Shown here: piece by piece, positions 18,339-28,189 of the stretch | How the letters are laid out: each line of letters begins with the position of its first letter | Numbering within the stretch: the stretch's first letter is position 1 | Assembly: GCA_043767565.1 (NCBI GenBank) | Contig: JAYUGV010000020.1 | Location: 1 to 43,054, forward strand | DNA length: 43,054 nt | Reading direction: 5' to 3' | Source of the DNA: Anaerolineales bacterium | GTDB taxonomy: Bacteria; Chloroflexota; Anaerolineae; Anaerolineales; Villigracilaceae | Program-made: the position numbers and the translations under genes | Notes under the pieces: generated by a model | Told to the model about the DNA's origin: nothing | Databases searched by the model: none | Seen by the model: only the letters and a program-made list of their open reading frames with translations

Positions 18339-20665
18339 AATTCCATCACCTCGTTCACAGCTTGCTCAAGTGAGATGGATTGCTTTTCACTCACAAGCGT
18401 TTTGAATTTTTCCTCTCCGAGCTGTGAACGAACACTTTCCCTAAGCTTTTCATGGAGAGACTTAATAATGGGAGCTTCGCGCGCACCTTTGTAATCATGG
18501 ATCGCTTCAACCATACTCCAAAGCCTCGCCGCTTGCTCATGCTGGTTATTTAAAGAAATTGTCCCCGCAAGACTCTCAAGACACCAGGCGATCCCCAATC
18601 TATTTTTATATTGATTAAAAAAATTCAACGCTGTTTTTAGATTACTTAATGCTGATGGTGCGTCACCTTTGGCTAGCGCCGCTTCGCCCAACCCAAAGTA
18701 AGCCCAACCTAAACCGGCTTTATGCGGACCAATTAATTCAAAAACAGCGGCACTTTCCAGGTAACACTTTATGGCCTCATCAAACTCGCCTCGCAATAGC
18801 GCGTTGAATCCCAAATGACCAAGCGCCCAACCGATTGCCTGTCGTTCAGCCTGCGCCCGCGCCAGAGCGAGACCTTCTTCGATCATGGTCTTTGCAGTGG
18901 CAACATCGCCCTGCATATTAAGGACTTCGCCCAACGTTAAAGTTGTCCACGAAATTCCGAGTTTGTCATCCAACTTGCGGTATATGGAAAGGCTTTGCTC
19001 AAGCCAGGTACGTCCGGTAGCTGTATCGCCACGTTCGTGCGCCAACCAGCCCAGCCGATTAAGCGCCCAAGCACTCATGCGGATACCACCCCGTCTATCC
19101 ATGCGCAACTCGACCGCATCGTTGACCATGGTGGATAAACTCCACGTTACCGCGGCACGAATGTTGTCGATCTCGATCTCCATATTGTCGAGCCATTTTT
19201 TTTGAGTATAGTCATCGAGTGCTCTTGGAGCCCCGGCCTCCGCGAGGTTGAAATAATATTCGGCGTGTCGTCGTCGTATCGTGTCGGCCTCACCGCTTTC
19301 GATCAACCTGGTCATGGCATATTGCCGGATCGTATCAAGCAGCCTATAACGCAAAGCCCGTCCCTCCACCTTGCTGCGCTTTAATGCCAGGGATTTCTCG
19401 ATCAGATGTCCGAGCAATTCCAGGATCTCAGTGGGCTCAACACCCTCCCCCACACAGATGGCTTCGCAGGCTTCAAGAGTCCAACTTTTCGCAAATACAG
19501 CCAGACGGGGAAACAGCACCTTTTCAGATTCGGTCAATAAATCATAGCTCCAATCGATCAAGGCTTGCAGGGTTTGATAACGCGGTAATGCTGTGCGGCT
19601 TCCGCCAGTTAATAAACGAAAAATATCATCCAGGCGCGATGCGATCTGTTCCACGGGCAGCATACGCAAACGGGCTGCTGCTAACTCAATAGCGAGGGGA
19701 ATTCCATCCAGGCGCTGGCAGATTTGTGCAACGGCTGTCTCATTCTCTTGATTTAGGCTGAATCCGGGAATGACATTGGCGGCGCGGTCGACAAATAATT
19801 GGACCGATTCAAATTGACCCAATTGACCGGGAAGCGCAGGATGTCGCCGGTCGGGCATGGATAACGAAGGCACATAGATCGCGCGTTCGCCGCTGACCCC
19901 CAACATTTCCCGGCTCGTGGCAAGGATACATAGTGTTTGGCATGCCTGCAATAGAGTTTCAGCAAGTTCAGCGCTCGCCTGAACGACATGCTCGCAATTG
20001 TCAAAAATCAACAACAAGTTTTTGCCGCGTAAATGCTCTGTGATGGCGGGCATGAGGTCGCCATCCGATTCTTCAGCAATGCTCAAAACAGCAGCCAAAG
20101 TATTTGCTACCAGATCAGAGTCGGTCAGAGGTGCAAATTCCACGAGCCAGATACCATCAGGAAAAACATCGAGCAAACCAAACGCAGCTTGCAGTGCCAG
20201 CCGTGTTTTTCCGCAGCCACCGTGGCCTGAGAGTGTAAGCAAACGGACATTACCATCATCCGAAGGTTTTGATGTAAATACGCGATGGATTTCTTTAAGC
20301 TCCTTTTCCCTCCCAAAGAAGTTGGTCAATTGGATGGGCAGGTTGTGAAGCGCGGGCTTGGCCTCCTCAGCTATCGAGGCTGATTCAGGCTGGCTTAAGG
20401 GCGAATGCGTTGATAGTCCAAGCTCAAGCAATCGAGCGACCCATTCAGGTTGTTCTTCCAAATATAAAGCAGGTACAAAACGCGCCGCCAGTGTAGCCTC
20501 ATCCGGGGTGCGCTCGTTTTTTTCCAATCGGCTGATTTGCGATTCACTATACCCTACCGCAATGGCAAGCTCGCGCTGGGTAAGTCCGGATTTTTTCCGC
20601 AGGAATCGAAGTAACTCTCCGAAAGTGGCGAAGTTTTCAGGTGTAAAGACCAGAGTACGGGACAT
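18335..20665 (-). CDS. XRE-HTH + STAND (NB-ARC-like) ATPase + TPR transcriptional regulator
   Basis: N-terminal GLTQRELA...SQISRLE, Walker A GHGGCGKT, Walker B LLIFDNCEH, GIPLAIELAAAR and C-terminal TPR-like helices. Confidence 0.85.
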   Translation of the reverse strand: MSRTLVFTPENFATFGELLRFLRKKSGLTQRELAIAVGYSESQISRLEKNERTPDEATLAARFVPALYLEEQPEWVARLLELGLSTHSPLSQPESASIAEEAKPALHNLPIQLTNFFGREKELKEIHRVFTSKPSDDGNVRLLTLSGHGGCGKTRLALQAAFGLLDVFPDGIWLVEFAPLTDSDLVANTLAAVLSIAEESDGDLMPAITEHLRGKNLLLIFDNCEHVVQASAELAETLLQACQTLCILATSREMLGVSGERAIYVPSLSMPDRRHPALPGQLGQFESVQLFVDRAANVIPGFSLNQENETAVAQICQRLDGIPLAIELAAARLRMLPVEQIASRLDDIFRLLTGGSRTALPRYQTLQALIDWSYDLLTESEKVLFPRLAVFAKSWTLEACEAICVGEGVEPTEILELLGHLIEKSLALKRSKVEGRALRYRLLDTIRQYAMTRLIESGEADTIRRRHAEYYFNLAEAGAPRALDDYTQKKWLDNMEIEIDNIRAAVTWSLSTMVNDAVELRMDRRGGIRMSAWALNRLGWLAHERGDTATGRTWLEQSLSIYRKLDDKLGISWTTLTLGEVLNMQGDVATAKTMIEEGLALARAQAERQAIGWALGHLGFNALLRGEFDEAIKCYLESAAVFELIGPHKAGLGWAYFGLGEAALAKGDAPSALSNLKTALNFFNQYKNRLGIAWCLESLAGTISLNNQHEQAARLWSMVEAIHDYKGAREAPIIKSLHEKLRESVRSQLGEEKFKTLVSEKQSISLEQAVNEVMEL

Positions 20666-20817
20666 AATTACATTAATTCCAATAGATCAACTACGAATTG
20701 CCACAATCAGGAGCAGTTGTCATGATTTCGGAGTGTTTTTGTCAAGAAAGCGCATATTTGGCAAGTTGTTTTGCAGTATTCTTGCTACAGTTCGCTCAAC
20801 AATTAAAGGAGTTCAAA

Positions 20818-21006
20818 ATGTTAATGTTAAACACACTATTATCCAAAGTATATTTCGATGAAACCTTGAAAAATGCCGCTCAAGCCCGGGCTGACCGAAA
20901 AGCTCAAAATGGCGGCAGTACCCGCAATAACATCACTGGATTATTCTTCCTGCTGTTTGCAGCACCGTTCATGTTTTGGCTATTCCAGTCATTAATTGCA
21001 GGATAA
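20818..21006 (+). CDS. Small hypothetical protein (about 62 aa) with C-terminal transmembrane helix
   Basis: An AAGGAG RBS precedes ATG 20818. It fills the gap divergent from the STAND regulator and has the hydrophobic tail GLFFLLFAAPFMFWLF. Confidence 0.6.
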   Translation: MLMLNTLLSKVYFDETLKNAAQARADRKAQNGGSTRNNITGLFFLLFAAPFMFWLFQSLIAG

Positions 21007-21012
21007 GACCTG

Positions 21013-22164
21013 TCAATCGACAGGTTTCCGCTTCTCCCAACCCGCCCGGAAAAGAGGGAGGAAATTTCCCGGGTTATAGGGGTGTCTCTCTATCTCTTCA
21101 TAATTTAGGTCAGTGCCCCAGCCAATACGATCAGTCTCAAGTTCAATATAGCCGTTTTTCACCTTGACCGGATTGGTCAGGATGATTCCACTCCAATCCT
21201 CGTTGAAGTCATCAAAGATTTCATGGATAAAAAAGTTGGGCGTAGCTGTGTTGAGGTGTGCGCAGACCAACGAACACAATGGACCTTGTGCGCTGTGAGG
21301 CGCAGTCACACTATTATGCGCGTGAGCCATTCCGCAGACTTGTTTGGATGTAGTAAGCCCAAGATATTGCGGCTCCAATTGAATGATGTGAACTGCGTTG
21401 TGGCTGAGCAATTCAGCAAACTGTTGTGGGCTGTAATAATCTTCGCCACATGCAATTGGAACAGGACTGCGCTTCGCGACATATGCCATTTGTGAAATAT
21501 ATTGAGGCGGTACTGGCGCTTCAAACCAGGTTGGCTGGTACTTTGCCATCGCGTCCGCAAACTGCACAGCCGTGTGGGGACTAAAGCGGTTATGAGCTTC
21601 GATCATAATGTCCACATTGGGACCGACCGCGTCGCGAACAGCGGCGATCAAATCCAATGACAGGGCAAAATCTTCGCGGTCAACATACCTCCACGCCGCG
21701 CCAAACGGATCAAATTTTAAAGCAGTGTACCCGCGTGAGACAACATCCTTTGCCTTATCGTAAAAACTTTGCGGCTCGCGCGGACCGCGATACCAGCCGT
21801 TGGCATAGACGCGCAGACGCTCATGGCAACGTCCGCCGATGAGTTTATAGACGGGCTGTCCCGTGACTTTGCCCATGATGTCCCAACACGCAAACTCGAT
21901 GCCCGAAAGCGCCGCTCCCTGAATCTGCCCCCCATCAGAATAAACTTCGCGAAACAATTTTAACGTATGGTTTTCAACATCAAATGGATCCTGGCCGATC
22001 ACAAATCGTTTCAGTTCCTGGATTGCAGACTCAACTGTCTTCGCAAAGCCGTTCAATGTCGCTTCGCCAATCCCATGTACACCCTCATCAGTATCCACAC
22101 GCGTGAAAACCCAATTCTTCCACGGGTTGCCAACGATATATGTAGTAACATCGGTGATTTTCAT
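21013..22164 (-). CDS. Galactonate/gluconate dehydratase-like enolase-superfamily protein
   Basis: MKITDV start, GIGEATL, YANGWY, LKFDPFG, IEAH, FEAP and CGED. Confidence 0.8.
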   Translation of the reverse strand: MKITDVTTYIVGNPWKNWVFTRVDTDEGVHGIGEATLNGFAKTVESAIQELKRFVIGQDPFDVENHTLKLFREVYSDGGQIQGAALSGIEFACWDIMGKVTGQPVYKLIGGRCHERLRVYANGWYRGPREPQSFYDKAKDVVSRGYTALKFDPFGAAWRYVDREDFALSLDLIAAVRDAVGPNVDIMIEAHNRFSPHTAVQFADAMAKYQPTWFEAPVPPQYISQMAYVAKRSPVPIACGEDYYSPQQFAELLSHNAVHIIQLEPQYLGLTTSKQVCGMAHAHNSVTAPHSAQGPLCSLVCAHLNTATPNFFIHEIFDDFNEDWSGIILTNPVKVKNGYIELETDRIGWGTDLNYEEIERHPYNPGNFLPLFRAGWEKRKPVD

Positions 22165-23132
22165 ACGGTTAACTCGATCTCCAGCCACCACGTTTTTGAG
22201 CCTTGTGGTTGTAGTGTCTCAAATAATTTGTGTACTTTGACCGCGTCATTCAATGAGTCCTGCCCGCCCATGCACGGCTCCAAACCCATGTTGTAATACG
22301 GAGCGCCGCCGTCCATGCCCAATGCGCCGAGGTTCATCCACACCGCCACTTGCGGAAGAAGCGCAACATCCCAGCGCATTTTTAATTCGCCATCCTTTGC
22401 GCGTACGGAAGTCCAGCCTTCGCCCGCTGGCAATGGATCGCTCCAGAATTTGATGGCGCGCGCCGCGGAAGTTTCGGGCAGGGTTGGGAAATTTAATCCA
22501 GATGCGGCAAAGGGGTATCGTAAATTTTTCACAATGGAAACAAGATTCTCCGGGAATGTTCCGTTGACGTTGAACGTTGCGGAAGCAGGCAAAAGCAACT
22601 CCATGCCAGGTTCAATCGCCAGCAAGGGATGAATACTCCATACATAATGTATCGGTTGGTCTGAATTATTTACAACCTCATAGTCAACATGAACGCTGGC
22701 TGAATTTTCAAAGAGCGTAATCACACGCGTAAATGTATAAGGCAGGGCAATTCCCTGTGAACGGGTTGTTAATTTTACAATGCCAGCCTGTTGATCCAAA
22801 TGAAACTCGGCAGGATGCGACCAGATTTCGCCATGATCTTGAATAAGCGCGCCCATCCAGGGCTCGGATGGATATGTACATTCCGCCACACTGGGAAAAC
22901 ATTCGTCCCAACCGCCAGTATCTGCCTGCTCCACATAGACACTGCCGTGCGGCACACGTTTATAAGGATAACGCGGATGGCGCCAGAGCCATTCACGTCC
23001 ATTGCGGTGATCCCGCAGGCTGTTAATTTTTCCACCCAGCTCCGGGATGATGCTTAACTCCATCAAGCCGGTGTTGATCTGGATTGATTCAAAGCCTTCA
23101 ATGACACTTCGATGGATGGAGAGTTGATTCAC
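22161..23132 (-). CDS. Galactose mutarotase/aldose-1-epimerase-like protein
   Basis: PELGGKI.SL, GGWDECFPS, DHGE.W, WSIHP and GLEP. The GTG start has a GGAGG RBS and overlaps the upstream stop. Confidence 0.75.
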   Translation of the reverse strand: MNQLSIHRSVIEGFESIQINTGLMELSIIPELGGKINSLRDHRNGREWLWRHPRYPYKRVPHGSVYVEQADTGGWDECFPSVAECTYPSEPWMGALIQDHGEIWSHPAEFHLDQQAGIVKLTTRSQGIALPYTFTRVITLFENSASVHVDYEVVNNSDQPIHYVWSIHPLLAIEPGMELLLPASATFNVNGTFPENLVSIVKNLRYPFAASGLNFPTLPETSAARAIKFWSDPLPAGEGWTSVRAKDGELKMRWDVALLPQVAVWMNLGALGMDGGAPYYNMGLEPCMGGQDSLNDAVKVHKLFETLQPQGSKTWWLEIELTV

Positions 23133-23944
23133 AAGTCCTCCACAAATGTATCGGAAAATTGGACACGTGTAAATTTTTCGGGAGTGTGCGTATCGGGAGT
23201 ACCGATTCGATTCCAACTCCAGGCTGGTTGCGGCGACGGGAGTTGGTTCGCCACTTCGAGTTTTTCAAAGCGTCCAAAAAAGATATTCCACTCATCGCCA
23301 TTTTGCGGTGGCAGGGCACGATCATTCGCCAGCCATTTCATGCCGCTCCATGGAAAGGCGATTTCCACCGTCCAGCCTTTATCCACGACCGCGCGGTTGT
23401 TGATCATACCGTCCACATGGACTGCCGAGCGTACGCCGGGGAAATCCCAACCCGGGAAGGCCCAGCGTACACCGCGCGGATGAATACCCTTCCAAAAATC
23501 CCAGCCATTGCGATCATGGTTACCGCCAAACGATAACCCTTTGGAATACAGATCAAACTCCGGCACGTCAAACTTGCCGCCGCGCTGATAAGCATCCCGC
23601 CAGATAAAGAACACTTCATAGATGGTGTTCAGCGCATTGATCTCGAATTCGTAATAACAATCACCGCCGTCGATGAATACCTCAACATCATTTTCCATAA
23701 AGATGATCGAATCGCGTTCGGTGAGGCGCGCATCTACAAAAGGCTCTTCCACCCAAAAACCAATGTATAAATTTTCATCATCCCAAAGGGCAGCGGCACG
23801 GGTATCAAAGAAGGCGGGGTCGCCGGTGATCATATCCACGAAGCGCGGAGATTTGGGAACTTTGCTCCAGGCTGGTTCCGTTAAGTTGCCGTCCACGGTC
23901 AGGGGCGCGCGCGTACGATAGCAGGTGTAATCAACTGTTGTCAT
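23129..23944 (-). CDS. Stand-alone carbohydrate-binding family 9-like protein
   Basis: VDG.L.E.AW, LWDDENLY, DVEVFID, YYEFEIN and WTVEIAFPW. No signal peptide is evident. Confidence 0.8.
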   Translation of the reverse strand: MTTVDYTCYRTRAPLTVDGNLTEPAWSKVPKSPRFVDMITGDPAFFDTRAAALWDDENLYIGFWVEEPFVDARLTERDSIIFMENDVEVFIDGGDCYYEFEINALNTIYEVFFIWRDAYQRGGKFDVPEFDLYSKGLSFGGNHDRNGWDFWKGIHPRGVRWAFPGWDFPGVRSAVHVDGMINNRAVVDKGWTVEIAFPWSGMKWLANDRALPPQNGDEWNIFFGRFEKLEVANQLPSPQPAWSWNRIGTPDTHTPEKFTRVQFSDTFVEDL

Positions 23945-24846
23945 TTCAACCACTCCGCAAATTCATTCATGAATAATTCGATCTGGGCTGTCTCGCGCTC
24001 ATCCAACGTATAAGCCGGGCTGCGGCAATAGTCGCTGGCGATGATGCCGCGCTTTTTCAAAATAACCTTCTCAACTTTGATGATGAGTTCAACACCCTGC
24101 ATCCAATAGTTAATATAAGGGAGCAGTTTGTTGTGAAGGATTTGAAAAGCAGTCTTATCGGTTTGCCAGAGTCGCCATAATTCAACATAGACTTCCGTAA
24201 AGGAACAACCGGGTTGGATACCCACTGCGCCGCGCGCCAACACATCGGGCATTTGCACACCGGCATACCCCACCAAAGCTTTCAACTTTCCTTGCGAGCG
24301 TTCGACCAGCTGCGAAACATATTTCCCCGGCGGCTGGGTTTCGACTTTGATGAAATCAGCATTGGGCAGGGCATCACGCAATTTAAGAAAAACTTCCGGG
24401 GATATTCGCACGCCGGTTTGGACGGGTGCATATTGAACGATGACGGGGATTTTCACACTACCGATGACTCGCTTAAGATGTTCAAGGATCGCATCTTCAC
24501 TCGGACCAAGAAAATAGGGCGGCAATAGCATCAACGCATCGGCGCCCTGTGCTTCGACAGCCTGCGCGCGCTGGGTGGCTACTTCCCAACTGTGATCGGT
24601 GATGGATATAACCCCCGCAATGGACTCAGAATGAGTTGTTTCAGCCAAAAGGAGCTTCTGCATGCGGGCGCGGTCGTTGTCAGCTAGTTTATAAAATTCG
24701 GTGGCGAGCCCAAACAAGGTCAAGGCTGAAGCGCCCGTCTTGAGCAGGTGTCGAACAAGTGCTTGAAAACTGTCCTCGTCTAATAATCCCGAATTAGTAA
24801 ACGTTGCCGCGACAATTGGAACGATACCGGCAATATGTTTTGACAT
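23941..24846 (-). CDS. Dihydrodipicolinate synthase/NAL family aldolase (putative keto-deoxy sugar-acid aldolase or dehydratase)
   Basis: GLATEF, GADALMLLPPY, VQYAP and the Schiff-base Lys in FIKVE. Confidence 0.85.
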   Translation of the reverse strand: MSKHIAGIVPIVAATFTNSGLLDEDSFQALVRHLLKTGASALTLFGLATEFYKLADNDRARMQKLLLAETTHSESIAGVISITDHSWEVATQRAQAVEAQGADALMLLPPYFLGPSEDAILEHLKRVIGSVKIPVIVQYAPVQTGVRISPEVFLKLRDALPNADFIKVETQPPGKYVSQLVERSQGKLKALVGYAGVQMPDVLARGAVGIQPGCSFTEVYVELWRLWQTDKTAFQILHNKLLPYINYWMQGVELIIKVEKVILKKRGIIASDYCRSPAYTLDERETAQIELFMNEFAEWLK

Positions 24847-24875
24847 AAAAAATAGCCGCCAGATTCTAAATTAGG

Positions 24876-25202
24876 CTACCACCCGGTGAAGAACCACAAT
24901 ACCATGCAACCAAAGGGCAGGGAAAATATGACGCCTAAAACGGCTGCCATTAAAAATTGCTCGGATTGCCCGCCTTCCCTGGGGATGCGGCTACCGATCA
25001 ATCCACCGATCAAACCACCCGGCGAAGCCAATATGAATGCAAAACCGATAATAGTGAGCAGGCTTGGTCCAGCACCATAATAGTGCCCAACTAACACTAT
25101 GGCGGGGAAGATCGCAGGCCAAACAAGACCAACAACTACAGTGGCAATTGCACCCACCAGCCACCCGGTTAATGCAAATACCAGAGGTCGGGGCATCTTC
25201 AT
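24876..25202 (-). CDS. Small Gly-rich membrane protein (3 predicted TM segments)
   Basis: 108 aa, hydrophobic, with a GGLIGGLIG motif. It fills the gap within the operon. Confidence 0.65.
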   Translation of the reverse strand: MKMPRPLVFALTGWLVGAIATVVVGLVWPAIFPAIVLVGHYYGAGPSLLTIIGFAFILASPGGLIGGLIGSRIPREGGQSEQFLMAAVLGVIFSLPFGCMVLWFFTGW

Positions 25203-25236
25203 TTGTTTTTATCCAATCGCAATGGTATTAAAAGTT

Positions 25237-26247
25237 TTAAACGGGTAACAGATCAGACAATTTTTCAGGCTCAATTGTCGGGTTTGATTCATAAAGATAA
25301 CAAGAGGCAGCTTGATGTTCGCTCAATCGGAAGAGTGGCGGAGACTGCTTGCATTTATCCATCACAAATGGACAACGTGAAGAAAACTTACAGCCAACGC
25401 TCTTTTCAGAAAGTTCAGATTCTCTGACCTTGATCTCGGTCTCACCCCAGCGGCGATTCATATCAGGCCACGGGATCGAGTCGATCAACAGCTTTGTATA
25501 TGGGTGCTGCGGATTTTTAATTACCTTATCCACATCGCCCGCCTCCATCACCTGGCCGCGATACAGAACCACGATCGAATTAGCGATGTGATAAGCGGTA
25601 GTGAGATCGTGGGTAATATAAATTATCGAAACGCCATAATCTTTTTGTAAACCGCGCAGGGTTTCCAAAATATTAGCGCGTAGCGAAGCGTCCACCATTG
25701 ACACAGGTTCATCAGCCACCAATAGTTTTGGACGAAGTAACAGTGCGCGCGCAATGTTGATGCGTTGACGCTGTCCACCCGAGAGTTGATGGGGGAAGCG
25801 GCCCAACACATCACCCGGGCGCAAACCAACAGCAGTCAGCGCTTCCACCATTCTGTCCATAGCCTCGCTTTTCGATTTAGCCAATTTGAAGCGCGCTATG
25901 GGAACAGTGAGTAAATGATCAACTGTATAGAAGGGGTTGAACACCGCAAACGGGTCCTGGAATACAGCCTGCACCTCTCGTCGGAACAGCATCCTTTCTT
26001 CGCCGCGCAGGCTATGAATATTTTTGCCTTTGTAGAGAATCTGGCCAGAGGAGGGCTCTATGAATCCTAATAACAACATCGCCAGGGTGGTCTTGCCGCT
26101 GCCACTTTCACCAGCCACTGTGGTGATCGTTGGCTGTTCAGCATCCAATTTCAGTGACATGTTATTTAATGCGATCGTGGAAACACGGGAAAGTAATCCA
26201 CGTGAATAGGTTTTTGTAACGTTTTTGAATTCCAGTAGATCGGACAT
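25237..26247 (-). CDS. Opp/Dpp-type ABC transporter ATP-binding subunit (OppF-like)
   Basis: GESGSGKT, LSGGQRQR, ADEP, HPYT and a C-terminal Cys motif. Confidence 0.95.
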   Translation of the reverse strand: MSDLLEFKNVTKTYSRGLLSRVSTIALNNMSLKLDAEQPTITTVAGESGSGKTTLAMLLLGFIEPSSGQILYKGKNIHSLRGEERMLFRREVQAVFQDPFAVFNPFYTVDHLLTVPIARFKLAKSKSEAMDRMVEALTAVGLRPGDVLGRFPHQLSGGQRQRINIARALLLRPKLLVADEPVSMVDASLRANILETLRGLQKDYGVSIIYITHDLTTAYHIANSIVVLYRGQVMEAGDVDKVIKNPQHPYTKLLIDSIPWPDMNRRWGETEIKVRESELSEKSVGCKFSSRCPFVMDKCKQSPPLFRLSEHQAASCYLYESNPTIEPEKLSDLLPV

Positions 26248-26250
26248 GGG

Positions 26251-27216
26251 TTAGGCTTTCTCCGAGTAAAGGTGGCATTCGAGAATCTGTCCGCCGGATA
26301 AGGTGATGGATGGCGGGCGTTGTGTTTTACATATTTCCATCACTTGTGAACAGCGCGGATGAAAGGCACAGCCGCCGGGAAGTTGTAAAAGTGCCGGTGC
26401 CATGCCAGGAATCCCGTTGAATACACCCTTGTTTTCAAGGTTGGGCAGGCTGTGGATGAGGGCTTGGGCATACGGGTGCTTGGGGTCAGTGAACATATCC
26501 CGCACTTTGCTTAATTCCATGATCCGCCCGGTATACATCACAGCCACTTTATCTACAAATTGCGCCATCAAGCCCATGTCGTGGCCGATCAAGATCACGG
26601 CTGCACCAATTTGCTTTTGCACACGGTCAATGGTCTCCATGACCTGTCGTTGCGTAACCACATCCAATGCGCTGGTGGGTTCGTCGGCAATGATGACTTT
26701 CGGTTTCAGTAAAATGCTGATGGCAATGCAGGCGCGTTGTTTCATACCGCCGCTTAATTCGTGCGCATACATTTTGAATACGTTGCTGCTAAGGTCCACA
26801 GACTCAAGCGCTTCTTTACAGCGTTTTTCAATTTCAGCGCCAGTGAAACCTACATCGTGCGCCATGATCGCATCCACCATTTGAGCGCCGATGCGTGTTA
26901 CCGGGTTAAGCGAATTCATCGCGCCTTGCGGAATATAAGCGATTTTGCTAAGGCGCGCCTTACGCATGTTCTGATCGCTGAGACTCATTAGATCGGTGCC
27001 ATCCACTATGACATTGCCACCTTCAATGCGGCCCGGGGGTTTGATCATTCGCATCATAGCCAATGCCATGGTGCTTTTACCTGAACCTGATTCACCCACC
27101 AAGCCTAACTTCTCACCTGCATTGAGCGTTAAATCCACCCCATCCAGGGCGCGGGCACGGCCGGCATCGGTGTAATAGGTTACTTGCAGGTTTTTGACTT
27201 GAAGGACGGGGATCAT
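26251..27216 (-). CDS. Opp/Dpp-type ABC transporter ATP-binding subunit (OppD-like)
   Basis: GESGSGKS, LSGGMKQR, ADEPTSALD and GCAFHPRC. Confidence 0.95.
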   Translation of the reverse strand: MIPVLQVKNLQVTYYTDAGRARALDGVDLTLNAGEKLGLVGESGSGKSTMALAMMRMIKPPGRIEGGNVIVDGTDLMSLSDQNMRKARLSKIAYIPQGAMNSLNPVTRIGAQMVDAIMAHDVGFTGAEIEKRCKEALESVDLSSNVFKMYAHELSGGMKQRACIAISILLKPKVIIADEPTSALDVVTQRQVMETIDRVQKQIGAAVILIGHDMGLMAQFVDKVAVMYTGRIMELSKVRDMFTDPKHPYAQALIHSLPNLENKGVFNGIPGMAPALLQLPGGCAFHPRCSQVMEICKTQRPPSITLSGGQILECHLYSEKA

Positions 27217-27272
27217 GAAAGCACCTTGAAATAATTTATCTTCTGTATATGCTGTATATAGATTAACATAAG

Positions 27273-28172
27273 TTATTCCGATTTGCGAATTCGAGGGTTG
27301 GCAAGTTCATCCAGCCCCATATTGACGAGAGCCAGCGAGCCAAGGATGAGCACCAAGGCAAGGGATGGCGCCAAGGGCCACCACCACCAATTATTGAAAA
27401 ATGCGCTCGCGCCTTGCGCCGCCCAAATGATATTCCCCAGCAATGGTTCGCGGAGTGGACCAAGACCCAGCACAGCCAAATAAAATGAGGCAAACACTGC
27501 AAAGAAAACCTGGTTCACAAAAGCGGCTGCAATGAACGGCAACAGATTAGGCAGGATTTCACTGAAGATAATGCCCGAGTCGCCCATGCCTGAAAGTTTG
27601 GCAACGGAAACAAACTGGCGTTCCTTCATGGTTAGTACTTGCGCTCGAATCACCAAAGTGGGTCCCATCCAGGCGAGCAGCACGACCACAAATGCCATGG
27701 TGAATATGGTGACATCACGCTTATCCAGCGAGCCGGCCAGGATGACCTGAATTAGAAAGGCCGGAATAGGTGTCAGGATTTGACAAACGCCTTTGATAAT
27801 CACATCCAGCCAACCTCCGAAGTAAGCGGATATGAAACCCAACGCCACTCCGACCAAAGTGCCAAGCGCTCCTGCGAGCAAACCGATGATGGCAGTTTGC
27901 TTTAAACCGACCACCATCGCCACGTATAAATCACGACCAAAGAAATCGGTGCCAAACGGGAATTCCCGACTGGGTGGCAATTTATTCTTGACGGAGATAG
28001 GATAGGCATGTTTGAGGTCGGCGGTGAGTAAGCCGTGGACAGTAAAGAGGACGAGCAGCAAGATAATGGACAAGCCAACCGCCAGACCTTTGTTACGGCG
28101 CAAGTAGCGCAATACCAAAGTCAAGCGGCTGGGTTGGAGTATTTCAGGTTGGGTTAGAGAAACAGTCGTCAT
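27273..28172 (-). CDS. ABC transporter permease (OppC-like)
   Basis: PFGTDFFGRD, EAA-like loop FVSVAKLSG, ILPNL and NPR at the C-terminus. Confidence 0.9.
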   Translation of the reverse strand: MTTVSLTQPEILQPSRLTLVLRYLRRNKGLAVGLSIILLLVLFTVHGLLTADLKHAYPISVKNKLPPSREFPFGTDFFGRDLYVAMVVGLKQTAIIGLLAGALGTLVGVALGFISAYFGGWLDVIIKGVCQILTPIPAFLIQVILAGSLDKRDVTIFTMAFVVVLLAWMGPTLVIRAQVLTMKERQFVSVAKLSGMGDSGIIFSEILPNLLPFIAAAFVNQVFFAVFASFYLAVLGLGPLREPLLGNIIWAAQGASAFFNNWWWWPLAPSLALVLILGSLALVNMGLDELANPRIRKSE

Positions 28173-28189
28173 TTTATAGGGGCTCCTCA

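Noticed and set aside
18335-20665. STAND protein as an Avs/NLR-like antiphage system
   Set aside because: The N-terminus is an XRE DNA-binding HTH, not a nuclease or other effector. The architecture matches transcriptional regulators.
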